Source of the DNA: Obrimoposthia wandeli
Lineage: Eukaryota
DNA: 64,000 nucleotides
NCBI GenBank assembly: GCA_977020255.1
Contig: CDROCS010000253.1
Span: 868,001 to 932,000 of the forward strand
Direction: 5' to 3'
Shown here piece after piece: positions 20,188-28,486 of the stretch (the stretch's first letter is position 1; the number at the start of each line of letters is the position of its first letter). The translations under genes were made by a program, and so were the position numbers. The notes below the pieces were generated by a model that saw nothing but the letters and a program-made list of their open reading frames with translations, made no database searches and was not told where the DNA came from.

Positions 20188-20500
20188 AAATGTAATGTTT
20201 ACGCTCATAAGTCGTAATGTAGAGGGAAGTTGAGACGATGGAATGCTAAAAGTGTCGTATATACCCGCTAAGCATCATTAAATGAGTATATTGATATCAA
20301 AGCGGACATCGCAACCAATATATATTAAACTAAGTAAAGTTAGCAGCTTCCAAGTAATAATAGGTTGGTGAGTTTTATTCATTGAAATAAAACGGTATTA
20401 TTTTCTGTCATGAGTTGACTATAAAACACCAGAGAAACAATAGCTTAATGTTACAGAATATTTGGGTCGTATTTAACACCGTTTAATTCTGAGGCTAAAA

Positions 20501-21469
20501 ATGCACAATAGATATTACGTTAACACCTTATTCTCATTAATACTCTTTTCCAGCATGTTATGGTCCAAACCATCTCACCTTTCAGATAAAGTCGTTATAC
20601 CAATAAACAACTGGTCAAGCCAGCGTGTATTGTCGAACGTTGTTGGACAGTTAATTGAAAATTTAGACATCCCTATAGAATATGTAAACATTAGCGCTGA
20701 CCATCAATGGGGGGCATTAAAAAGAGGGGTGATTCATTTTCAGATCGAAGTATGGGAACCTTCAATGGGACCAGAATTTAATAAACTTGTCGCTAACGGT
20801 GACATTATCGATTTAGGTACACACGAAGCGAAAGTGATAGAGGATTGGTGGTATCCCAAATATGTGGAGGATTTATGCCCAGAATTACCCCAGTGGCAAG
20901 CTTTAAACAAATGTAGATCACTTTTTAAAGGATCGTCAACAATTGACAAAGGTGTATATTTTGGAGGCCAATGGGATTATGGTGATGCTGATATTATTCG
21001 AGCGTTAGACCTAAAATTTACCATCGAACGCTTACCTAATGAATCAGCATTATGGGAGGAGCTTACCAATGCGATTGAAAATAAACGCCCTATCCTTATG
21101 CTAAATTGGAGCCCTAATTGGACCGACGATAATATTGAAGGTAGCTTTGTCAATTTTCCACTCTATACAGAGCAATGTGAAAAGGTGCCAGAATGGGGGC
21201 TCAATAAAAAACTAGTTAAAGACTGTGGCAACCGCAGAAACGGATGGTTAAAAAAAGCAGCTTCTCTCAATTTAAAACAAAAGTTTCCTTGTGTGTATAA
21301 CTTAATTCAAAATATTAGTTTTACTAATAAAATGATTAAGGATGCATCGTCTTTAGCTGTTATCGAAAAACTTTCAGATCAAAATGCAGCTATTAAATGG
21401 TCAAAAATATATGCTAAGGATATCAAAAAATGGTCATCACTTGAGTGTCAACAATCAACCTCAAGCTGA
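20501..21469 (+). CDS. Orphan OpuAC/ProX-family substrate-binding protein, TmoX (TMAO-binding)-like
   Basis: VIPINNWSSQ, EVWE, EDWWYP, CPELPQWQALNKC, NWSPNW, DCGN...LKKAA and ISFTN match the recalled Ruegeria TmoX sequence pattern. Confidence 0.75.
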   Translation: MHNRYYVNTLFSLILFSSMLWSKPSHLSDKVVIPINNWSSQRVLSNVVGQLIENLDIPIEYVNISADHQWGALKRGVIHFQIEVWEPSMGPEFNKLVANGDIIDLGTHEAKVIEDWWYPKYVEDLCPELPQWQALNKCRSLFKGSSTIDKGVYFGGQWDYGDADIIRALDLKFTIERLPNESALWEELTNAIENKRPILMLNWSPNWTDDNIEGSFVNFPLYTEQCEKVPEWGLNKKLVKDCGNRRNGWLKKAASLNLKQKFPCVYNLIQNISFTNKMIKDASSLAVIEKLSDQNAAIKWSKIYAKDIKKWSSLECQQSTSS

Positions 21470-21473
21470 ATGA

Positions 21474-22661
21474 CTACTGCAGACATTGTTTTGCTTCTTT
21501 AAAATTAAATTTGGCATAAGTCAGCAGCATAATGCCACATGCGACAATAATAGCTGTTATATATAAAGCCGGGCTATAACTATCAAAGTGTTTAATCAAG
21601 GCCACGCAATATAACGGTGCAATGATTTGTCCAACCCCATAAGCGGAGGTCAGCGCTCCCATGATAAATACTGGATTGTTATTTGAAAGCTGACCACCAA
21701 AATTCATAAACAAAGCAACTAAACCTATAAATGTGGCGCCAAACAATATGCCACTGATAAGGTTCATAACAATATTGCTAGAAAATGTAGGAATTAAAAT
21801 TCCGATAATCTGTAAAAGCATTGCCACTATCATAATATTAATACTGCTAAAGCGATGTGCTAAACGCATCCATAGTATACAAGACGGAATTCCAGCAATA
21901 CCTACCGCTAACCACACATAACCTCCATAGCCATTTAGCCCAGCTAACGAATTCACTATATCGGGCAAAAATGTTGCTTGTACCACCATACCAACGCCTT
22001 CGGTAAAGTAAGCAATGATTAGAATGATGACAATGGGAGAAAATAGTGATTTATCAAATTTATGCTTAACAACTGCAGTAGTTGGTTGCTTATCAAAGCG
22101 TAATATATAAGCAGAATAACATGATAAAAAAGCTCCTATAAGCGCTAATATAAGCCATGCATCTCTCCAGTCTCCGCCATAATAAAATACACTTCGCATC
22201 ACAAGATCACTAATGACTATTGAAAAACCTAAACCGGTAAAGTGTATCCCCATTGCCTTCGTTTTATTTGTCGATTTTAGCTTTAGCATCACAACAGCCG
22301 CACCTACAACAAGCGCCATTGCAGCCCCAAAACCAGCAAATAATCTAGCAATAATCCACACCATACTGTTTTCAGTGATACCTAAAATAAAAGAAGAAAC
22401 GACACAAATAAATAACCCAAACCTAAAAAATTTTACTTTGGTATATTTATCTTTGATGAAAATGGAAAAGATAGAACCAGCTAAATAGCCAAGGTAATTT
22501 ATTGATGCAAGCACGCCAGAAAAAGCGATACTGATTGAGTCCTCCAACATTGCAGGCAAAAGTGAAGTAAAAACAAAACGAGCAACACCAACTCCGACAA
22601 CAAGAGCTAAGATTCCAGCTAATAGGATTGAATAATTACTATCTCGGCTAAAGTGCGCCAT
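21474..22661 (-). CDS. YbfB/YjiJ-family MFS transporter
   Basis: GVARFVFTSLLPAM, ASINYLGYLAG, ATFLPDIV and LTSAYGVGQIIAP; about 12 TM segments. Confidence 0.88.
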   Translation of the reverse strand: MAHFSRDSNYSILLAGILALVVGVGVARFVFTSLLPAMLEDSISIAFSGVLASINYLGYLAGSIFSIFIKDKYTKVKFFRFGLFICVVSSFILGITENSMVWIIARLFAGFGAAMALVVGAAVVMLKLKSTNKTKAMGIHFTGLGFSIVISDLVMRSVFYYGGDWRDAWLILALIGAFLSCYSAYILRFDKQPTTAVVKHKFDKSLFSPIVIILIIAYFTEGVGMVVQATFLPDIVNSLAGLNGYGGYVWLAVGIAGIPSCILWMRLAHRFSSINIMIVAMLLQIIGILIPTFSSNIVMNLISGILFGATFIGLVALFMNFGGQLSNNNPVFIMGALTSAYGVGQIIAPLYCVALIKHFDSYSPALYITAIIVACGIMLLTYAKFNFKEAKQCLQ

Positions 22662-22822
22662 ATTGCTCCATAAAGGTTTTCTTCACCATAATTTTACAGT
22701 GTATAACTAACTGAGTTAGATAAGTAAATCACCAATGATGATGGGTGGTATATAAAATGAAGATATGTCTGTCTTGGCTTTAAAGTGCCTCATTATGTGG
22801 ATAGTTTAACTTTAACCTCAGC

Positions 22823-23077
22823 TCACCATGTGATCACAAAATTATGCTGAGCAATACTATTTCCTAATGCCTCGAGTGTTTTTACTTCACTTAAAAGCAG
22901 TTGATGGGTTTTAATACCGTCATTAATGTTTAGATATTCTTGCCTTTCAACAAGTTTGATATCGGTTGCTATGCCATTGTATTTTTTATTATCCTTGGTC
23001 GTCACCTCAATTAGGCTCCGGCGCATACAGACAATTTCAAAATAGTCATGGGCATCACAACTTATCTTATTTGCCAT
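22823..23077 (-). CDS. rof: Rho-binding antiterminator (Rof/YaeO family)
   Basis: ISCDAHDYFEIVC N-terminal motif and 84-aa length. Confidence 0.8.
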   Translation of the reverse strand: MANKISCDAHDYFEIVCMRRSLIEVTTKDNKKYNGIATDIKLVERQEYLNINDGIKTHQLLLSEVKTLEALGNSIAQHNFVITW

Positions 23078-23150
23078 TTAGTACTCCCTCCTTTTTACTT
23101 AAACCTTACAACTTAACACTTAAATCGCTATTCCATCGATATTAGCTAAA

Positions 23151-23402
23151 TTATAAACGAATAATACTATACCCCTGACTAGCGATATTATCTTGCACCT
23201 CAAGGTTAGCAAGTTCACTATGGCAAAAATTGCAGCGGCTTTGCTTAATATTATTTATTTCCACGCCTAAACTCGCGAGATACTGTTTAGCATATTGCTC
23301 TACCTCCTTAATATTTTCATTATTCACCAAAACATCAAAATGGATATATTGACCTGACGCTGTCATTACATGGGTATCAAAAACATGTATTTGCATACTC
23401 AT
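23151..23402 (-). CDS. DUF2024-family protein
   Basis: IHVFDTHV, HFDV, AKQYL and CNFCHSE motifs. Confidence 0.8.
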   Translation of the reverse strand: MSMQIHVFDTHVMTASGQYIHFDVLVNNENIKEVEQYAKQYLASLGVEINNIKQSRCNFCHSELANLEVQDNIASQGYSIIRL

Positions 23403-23415
23403 TGCTCCTACTAAA

Positions 23416-24162
23416 TTATTTACTTTGGCCGGGTAAACTTAAATCACCAGATGCGACATCAAATACATCGGTAATACACAGTAAAGGCGCATGTACTTGC
23501 TGGTTTATTTTTAAACCTGAGGTAACACCATCAAAAGAAAAGCTTTCTGGAAAACCAAGTGAAGATAGAGGCACTCGCACTAAGACTTCAGATTGCGCTA
23601 AAGTAAAATCAAATCCAGGACTGTCAATAAAGATGGGTAAATTTGGCCAAGTCAGCGGTAATTTAGGTGAGCTACCGTGAGCAATATCTTTAACTTTTAA
23701 AGCGCCTTCACCACAAGCATTATCTGGCACAAGAACTACCCAGTGACTATGCCATTTATCTCCGTCGTTGGTTTTGTTGCCATCGCCATCTTCATCATAC
23801 AAAGGGGTGTCATCGAAGTCAGGATGCACTGTTAAAGCTAAAGAGAGAATGCCTTGATCCGCTTCAAAACCTACTGCAGAACTATTAAGTGACGTTGGCC
23901 ATACATAACTATAGACCTCGGCGCCTGCTAACTGACCCTTTTTTTTGGGCTGTTTATTACCAACTTTACCGGTTACCGCTTGTTGGAATATTAAATGACT
24001 ACCTTGGGTAATTACCTTGGCATGAACAATATCAAACTCACTAGCAATGGCCGAAGAAGTGGGTGCTTGAATATGACCACTGTGCTTGTTGTGGGCATAT
24101 GTAGTTGTTGTCAGCAGCACTGTGCTCAGGGTTGCTGCGATAAATAGGTGTGAAGTTTTCAT
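23416..24162 (-). CDS. Secreted uncharacterised protein with His/Asp motifs
   Basis: Signal peptide followed by AHNKHSGH; YSYVWPT, HPDFDDTPLYDEDGDG, WHSHWVVL, TWPNLP and IDSPG. Confidence 0.85.
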   Translation of the reverse strand: MKTSHLFIAATLSTVLLTTTTYAHNKHSGHIQAPTSSAIASEFDIVHAKVITQGSHLIFQQAVTGKVGNKQPKKKGQLAGAEVYSYVWPTSLNSSAVGFEADQGILSLALTVHPDFDDTPLYDEDGDGNKTNDGDKWHSHWVVLVPDNACGEGALKVKDIAHGSSPKLPLTWPNLPIFIDSPGFDFTLAQSEVLVRVPLSSLGFPESFSFDGVTSGLKINQQVHAPLLCITDVFDVASGDLSLPGQSK

Positions 24163-24223
24163 GATTAATCCTTTTAGTTAATTTAACTAAGTGCTTAACA
24201 CTTAATTTGTCTTATTTCGCTCA

Positions 24224-24248
24224 AAGTAGTTTCGATTCGAAACTACTT
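24224..24248. promoter_or_regulatory. Perfect 25-bp palindrome AAGTAGTTTCGA-T-TCGAAACTACTT, candidate MarR operator
   Basis: 12-bp perfect arms with a 1-nt centre in the divergent intergenic region; degenerate half-site TCGATACTA at 24293-24301. Confidence 0.75.
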
Positions 24249-24308
24249 ATATTTAAGCATAATAAAACTCTACTTGTCAAATCTGTTTTGACTCGATACT
24301 ATTGGGGG

Positions 24309-24863
24309 ATGAATGATGAACTATTTAATTTAATCGAGCGTTTAGCTAATTTATTACGGCAAGAAACGCGACTTGAAGGGCAAAGCTTAGGGTTACAACC
24401 TATACAGCAGGAGGCTCTGTATTATCTGTCGACTTGTAATCGTTATTCAGATACCACCTTAGCGGTCACTGAATTTTTAGGCTTAACCAAAGGTACAGTA
24501 TCACAATCGTTAAAAATTCTAGAAAGCAAAGCCTTGATTGTTAAAGTAAAAGACAAAAAAGATAAGCGTATTATCCATTTAAAAGTGACTGAGGCAGGTC
24601 ATGAATTTTTGATGAAAACCTGCCCACCGCAAAAGTTTACTGACGCTATCACCAGTTTGTCTGTTGATGAAGAGTTTGAGACCAAAAAATTACTAACAAA
24701 AGTATTAAGTAACTACCAACATGCTACAGGGCGAACTGCCTTTGGGGTTTGTCAGCATTGTAAATTTAATCGCAAGACAAGTGACGGAATTTTATGTGAG
24801 TTAACCAAAGAGACGTTAAGTAGTGATGACATCATGCTGATCTGTAGAGAGTATGTCGTTTAA
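24309..24863 (+). CDS. MarR-family regulator with C-terminal Cys4 extension
   Basis: LQPIQ...LGLTKGTVSQSLKILESK...DKR..HLKVTEAG winged HTH; C-x2-C-x11-C-x15-C tail. ATG at 24309 preferred to the track start at 24207, which runs through the operator. Confidence 0.88.
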   Translation: MNDELFNLIERLANLLRQETRLEGQSLGLQPIQQEALYYLSTCNRYSDTTLAVTEFLGLTKGTVSQSLKILESKALIVKVKDKKDKRIIHLKVTEAGHEFLMKTCPPQKFTDAITSLSVDEEFETKKLLTKVLSNYQHATGRTAFGVCQHCKFNRKTSDGILCELTKETLSSDDIMLICREYVV

Positions 24864-24885
24864 GCATGATCTAATACCAATCGAA

Positions 24886-25596
24886 CTAACCCGCTTGGTC
24901 TAACAATCGGAAACTCCAGTTTTCTACCTCGTTGCTTACTAGGCGCTGCACAACTTTTTCCATCCAACTGCTGGATAACCGGCCTTGTTTTTTTAATACC
25001 AGCAGCTTCTCGTTATTGAGTGGATCACCAAAAAATGTCTCACATACCGCAGTAATTGTCATGGCATTGGCAACTCTGTCAATTAACTCAAGTGGTTCAT
25101 TCACACTGACCATTCCTGGCTGAATAACACGATATAACCAGCCACAGCGACTAATGTCCTGCATGTCGACCGATAAATGTTCGATACCCCAACGTTTATT
25201 TAGTTTAAAACAAGGAGAACGTGGCTGACTCACTTCGATAATCGCTTCTCCCCATTGGTAGCGATCGCCCAAAAAAACAGTCTGTTCAGTCATGCCTATT
25301 GAACTAAGGTTTTCACCCATACCTGCCGCTTGCCAATTAACCTTCTGGGCAGATGTCTCCATACAGTTAGTACCATATTTTTCCTGCCAATAGGCATAGT
25401 GTTCCGCTGGGTATTGATGTAACGCACGTTCGAACCCGCCATGATGAAGTTTATCGGCACACTCATCACCTGCTAATCCTTCAAGTGATAAATACAAACG
25501 TGTGTTGACCGGATGCTTTTCTATCGCGGTTTCAATACCGTAGCGCTCTGCCACCTTTCCGCAGAAAACATTATTTAGGTAGTATTGACTTTGCAT
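24886..25596 (-). CDS. MOSC-domain protein (YiiM-like, with 3-alpha domain)
   Basis: GLAGDECAD..HHGG.ERALHQY, GENLS, GDRYQWG, EVSQPRSPCFKL and GWLYRVIQPG. Confidence 0.9.
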   Translation of the reverse strand: MQSQYYLNNVFCGKVAERYGIETAIEKHPVNTRLYLSLEGLAGDECADKLHHGGFERALHQYPAEHYAYWQEKYGTNCMETSAQKVNWQAAGMGENLSSIGMTEQTVFLGDRYQWGEAIIEVSQPRSPCFKLNKRWGIEHLSVDMQDISRCGWLYRVIQPGMVSVNEPLELIDRVANAMTITAVCETFFGDPLNNEKLLVLKKQGRLSSSWMEKVVQRLVSNEVENWSFRLLDQAG

Positions 25597-25686
25597 GTAT
25601 CAGCCCTTTTTTCTTAATAATATACATATTAATAATGAGTGTATTAATTATATAGCCAGCAGCTCTTGATCTTTCACGGTTAGGTT

Positions 25687-26700
25687 TTATGGTAATACGT
25701 GCCCTCTTGCGCAAAGCCACAATGCGTACCAATGCTCTCTAGTTAAGTCGATGTTATCAACTTCTACACAGGCTTTAATACGCTCAACATTGGTGGTACC
25801 AATAACGGGTTGAATATTCGCAGGATGACGCTTTAACCACGATAATACTACGGCTTCTTTACTCACCTGATATTCAGCCGACAACTTCGTAACCAATTCT
25901 GCCGTTTTCTGAATGTGAAGCGGTTCTTGAGAAATTTCACGTCCGGTAAATATGCCTTGGCTTAAGCAACCCCATGATTGCAGCTGAACATTGTTTTTTC
26001 GGCAATATTCAATGGTACCTGCACCATAGTTTACAGACGGTTCTCCCGCGTTTCCTGACGTTACACCTTCTTCTACCCAAGCTAAATGGCTTAAGCTGAG
26101 TTCAACTTGGTTGACGACTAAAGGTTGTGACAATGCTGATGATAAAAATGCCATTTGATGATGCTGCATATTCGAAACACCAAAGTTTTTAACTTTTCCG
26201 CTAACAGATAACGTATCAAAAGCTTGGGCAACTAATTCAGGTTCCATGAGGGGATCGGGGCGATGAAGCATTAATATATCTAATTGCTCTATGTTTAACC
26301 GAGACAGACTCTTTTCAACTGAATTGATAATCCACTCAGGTGAACAGTCATAACGCTGGGGTCCTAAATTATCTTCAAATCTAATGGCGCATTTTGATTG
26401 AATAGAAATTAACGCTCGTAATTCAGGACGTGCTTTTAATACTTCACCAAAAACTTGTTCAGCTTTACCGAAAGTATAAATATCCGCATGGTCAAAAACC
26501 TTAATACCTGCATCGATAGCTGCATCAACAACTTCGTGGGCTTTTTTTATATCGACTGCACTAATAGGATTTTTATCCCAAGTGCCGCCTAATCCCATAC
26601 AGCCAAAGACAATCGAGCTATTGTTTTTTATTACGCGAGATAACGGGTATTTATTACTGTTCATGTAAATTCCTATAGAAACTATACCAATAGGACTCAT
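25687..26700 (-). CDS. Aldo/keto reductase (YdhF/YcsN-like); start may be the ATG at 26664
   Basis: FGCMGLG, FDHADIY, QSKC, LHRPDPL, FGVSN, NQVE and PVIGTT. Confidence 0.92.
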   Translation of the reverse strand: MSPIGIVSIGIYMNSNKYPLSRVIKNNSSIVFGCMGLGGTWDKNPISAVDIKKAHEVVDAAIDAGIKVFDHADIYTFGKAEQVFGEVLKARPELRALISIQSKCAIRFEDNLGPQRYDCSPEWIINSVEKSLSRLNIEQLDILMLHRPDPLMEPELVAQAFDTLSVSGKVKNFGVSNMQHHQMAFLSSALSQPLVVNQVELSLSHLAWVEEGVTSGNAGEPSVNYGAGTIEYCRKNNVQLQSWGCLSQGIFTGREISQEPLHIQKTAELVTKLSAEYQVSKEAVVLSWLKRHPANIQPVIGTTNVERIKACVEVDNIDLTREHWYALWLCARGHVLP

Positions 26701-26756
26701 TTATTGACCCGTTCGGTGTTAATACTGCATCAAAGGTTTATCAAAACCTTACCGAG

Positions 26757-27230
26757 CTAAATATCTATCGCTCTGATTAAAAAATACGTTGGCCAAATCT
26801 CTCGTACTTGAGATTCCCATTCCGGATCAGCTCTACCACTCGGTAACTGTAAAAACCAATATTTCGCCCATGTGCGAACAACTTTACCTGACTTACTTAG
26901 CTTCAGCGGAGAGAATTTTCGTTGATAAGCATTGCCATCATACTCAACAACTGCATTATTTTTGGCTCTTTTATGCAAAAAATCTAATGCAATAGTAATA
27001 ATCTCGACCTCAGACGGCGCCATTAATCCTTGTACTTTTAAACAAGCGAGTATCTCAGCTTTCTTTATACTAGCCTGCATATAGTCATCTATATGCGGGG
27101 TATAAACCATACCGGTTAAACCATAAATAGCTCTGCGCTCTCTATCGGCTAGTGCTTTTAAAGGCATGAGTCGTTCATTAATATCATGTAATTCACTGAT
27201 AACATGAAGCTTTGGAATCGATTTAGACAA
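26757..27230 (-). CDS. Hypothetical protein
   Basis: 157-aa ORF filling the gap between two co-oriented genes; no motif recognised; TTG start. Confidence 0.65.
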   Translation of the reverse strand: MSKSIPKLHVISELHDINERLMPLKALADRERRAIYGLTGMVYTPHIDDYMQASIKKAEILACLKVQGLMAPSEVEIITIALDFLHKRAKNNAVVEYDGNAYQRKFSPLKLSKSGKVVRTWAKYWFLQLPSGRADPEWESQVREIWPTYFLIRAIDI

Positions 27231-27276
27231 TTATTACGCTCTCATAAATTTTAATTCGTTTATCATTTTTTTCTTG

Positions 27277-27954
27277 TTAGCTTGGCGGGTCAATGTTATT
27301 AGCAATACTATTATTTAAGCGAAACCAACCCGCGATAGAGTATCGGTCTCGCTTCGCGGGTAATACTTCATGAGGAAACTCTTCACTTAAAAATACCACT
27401 ATAGTGCCAAAATTAGGTATCACGGTAATTGTACTATTATCAATGACAGAAGAGACAGGCCTACTTTTATCATAAATCACTAATTCTCCCCCATCAGATG
27501 AAGCCCACTGTTGATTAAGATACACCACAACAGACAACACCCTATTATCTTCACCTTTAAACGCGTCTTTGTGCTTCTTATAAAAATCGCCTTTTGCGTA
27601 ATGAGAAAAATGACTTTCAAAAGAAAATAAACCAAGAAATAAACGTCTATTTAAATAAGCTTGTAGTGATTCGGTCCAGTTGATCCAAGCACACCCTGCC
27701 TCGCTGTCATTGGTTATCCAACTTATTGCGTCGGTACGAATAAAGTCATTCACAATATGATCTTTACTTCGACCAATGCCTGCACGTTTAAAGTTTTCGG
27801 TTGGCAGCTCGGTGATATGTTGTGATAGCAAGCAGGTTAAGTCTGCGGGCAAAGCGTAAGGACGAATACTGTAGCCCTTGTCGACAATGTCATTGGATAT
27901 TGATTCAAACAGTGATGTGTCACCGCCAGAATGTGTCGTTTGAGCTAGGCTCAA
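27277..27954 (-). CDS. 2OG-Fe(II) oxygenase (prolyl-hydroxylase-like)
   Basis: FYKKHKDAF (HxD), YLN..W...DGGEL, FPHEVLP and RYSIAGWF. Confidence 0.9.
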   Translation of the reverse strand: MSLAQTTHSGGDTSLFESISNDIVDKGYSIRPYALPADLTCLLSQHITELPTENFKRAGIGRSKDHIVNDFIRTDAISWITNDSEAGCAWINWTESLQAYLNRRLFLGLFSFESHFSHYAKGDFYKKHKDAFKGEDNRVLSVVVYLNQQWASSDGGELVIYDKSRPVSSVIDNSTITVIPNFGTIVVFLSEEFPHEVLPAKRDRYSIAGWFRLNNSIANNIDPPS

Positions 27955-28038
27955 CTACATCCTGTCTTAGGAGGTAAAATTAACATTTAATTGATAATTT
28001 AATAAAAGGGAATATGGCTCATAGTAGCACTTTGCAAC

Positions 28039-28070
28039 TACCCGTTACCAATCAAGATGCATGTTTCAGT
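28039..28070 (+). repeat. Truncated terminus of a related ERIC-like subfamily (TACCCGTTACCAATCAAGATGCATG)
   Basis: 16 bp identical to 2824-2839; continues AGATGCA like the left end of the full elements; no partner inverted end seen. Confidence 0.5.
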
Positions 28071-28128
28071 GTTTGTAATCAAGTTAACGTACGTCTGAGT
28101 CTTTAGCCGCAATTGGCTGTTAGTCATA

Positions 28129-28485
28129 TTACCCGCTTGACAATGACTTCACCTTAACGGCATCAATGATGAAGCTTTTGATGTTAGCTAATCGGTAAGG
28201 TTTTTCAATTTTATGCTCAAAGCAACTATCCATCATTACATCGAGCTCTCCAGTGATTAAAATTTTTATCGAATCACACGTGATTGCTTTAGCGACATCT
28301 GTCCCATTTTGGGTTTTTAATCGATAGTCAATAAATATCAAATCTGGGTTGCTCTTATTGCAATATTCTATGGCAGGTGCTTCATCAGTAAAAACAGCAA
28401 GGTCTATTTCGTCTGACTGTAAATATTCTTTGAACATATTACATAGCATCTCTTCATCATCAATATAAACAACATTTATTGGCAT
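28129..28485 (-). CDS. Single-domain response regulator
   Basis: YIDDE, PDLIFIDY (phospho-Asp), LITG and EKP; start lies 1 bp after the kinase stop. Confidence 0.9.
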   Translation of the reverse strand: MPINVVYIDDEEMLCNMFKEYLQSDEIDLAVFTDEAPAIEYCNKSNPDLIFIDYRLKTQNGTDVAKAITCDSIKILITGELDVMMDSCFEHKIEKPYRLANIKSFIIDAVKVKSLSSG

Positions 28486-28486
28486 T

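Noticed and set aside
20205-20320. Repeat-like or attC-like segment after the GH73 gene, including TATACCCGC and AAAGCGGACAT
   Set aside because: No RYYYAAC/GTTRRRY pair, single occurrence in the window and no integrase; similarity to the element end is only about 9 bp.
23151-23402. CNFCH in DUF2024 as a heme-c attachment site
   Set aside because: No signal peptide, so it would not reach the periplasmic heme-ligation machinery; treated as a possible metal site only.
24207-24308. N-terminal extension of MarR given by the ORF track (TTG at 24207)
   Set aside because: It runs through the palindromic operator region; ATG 24309 has a G-rich RBS and gives a normal MarR start.
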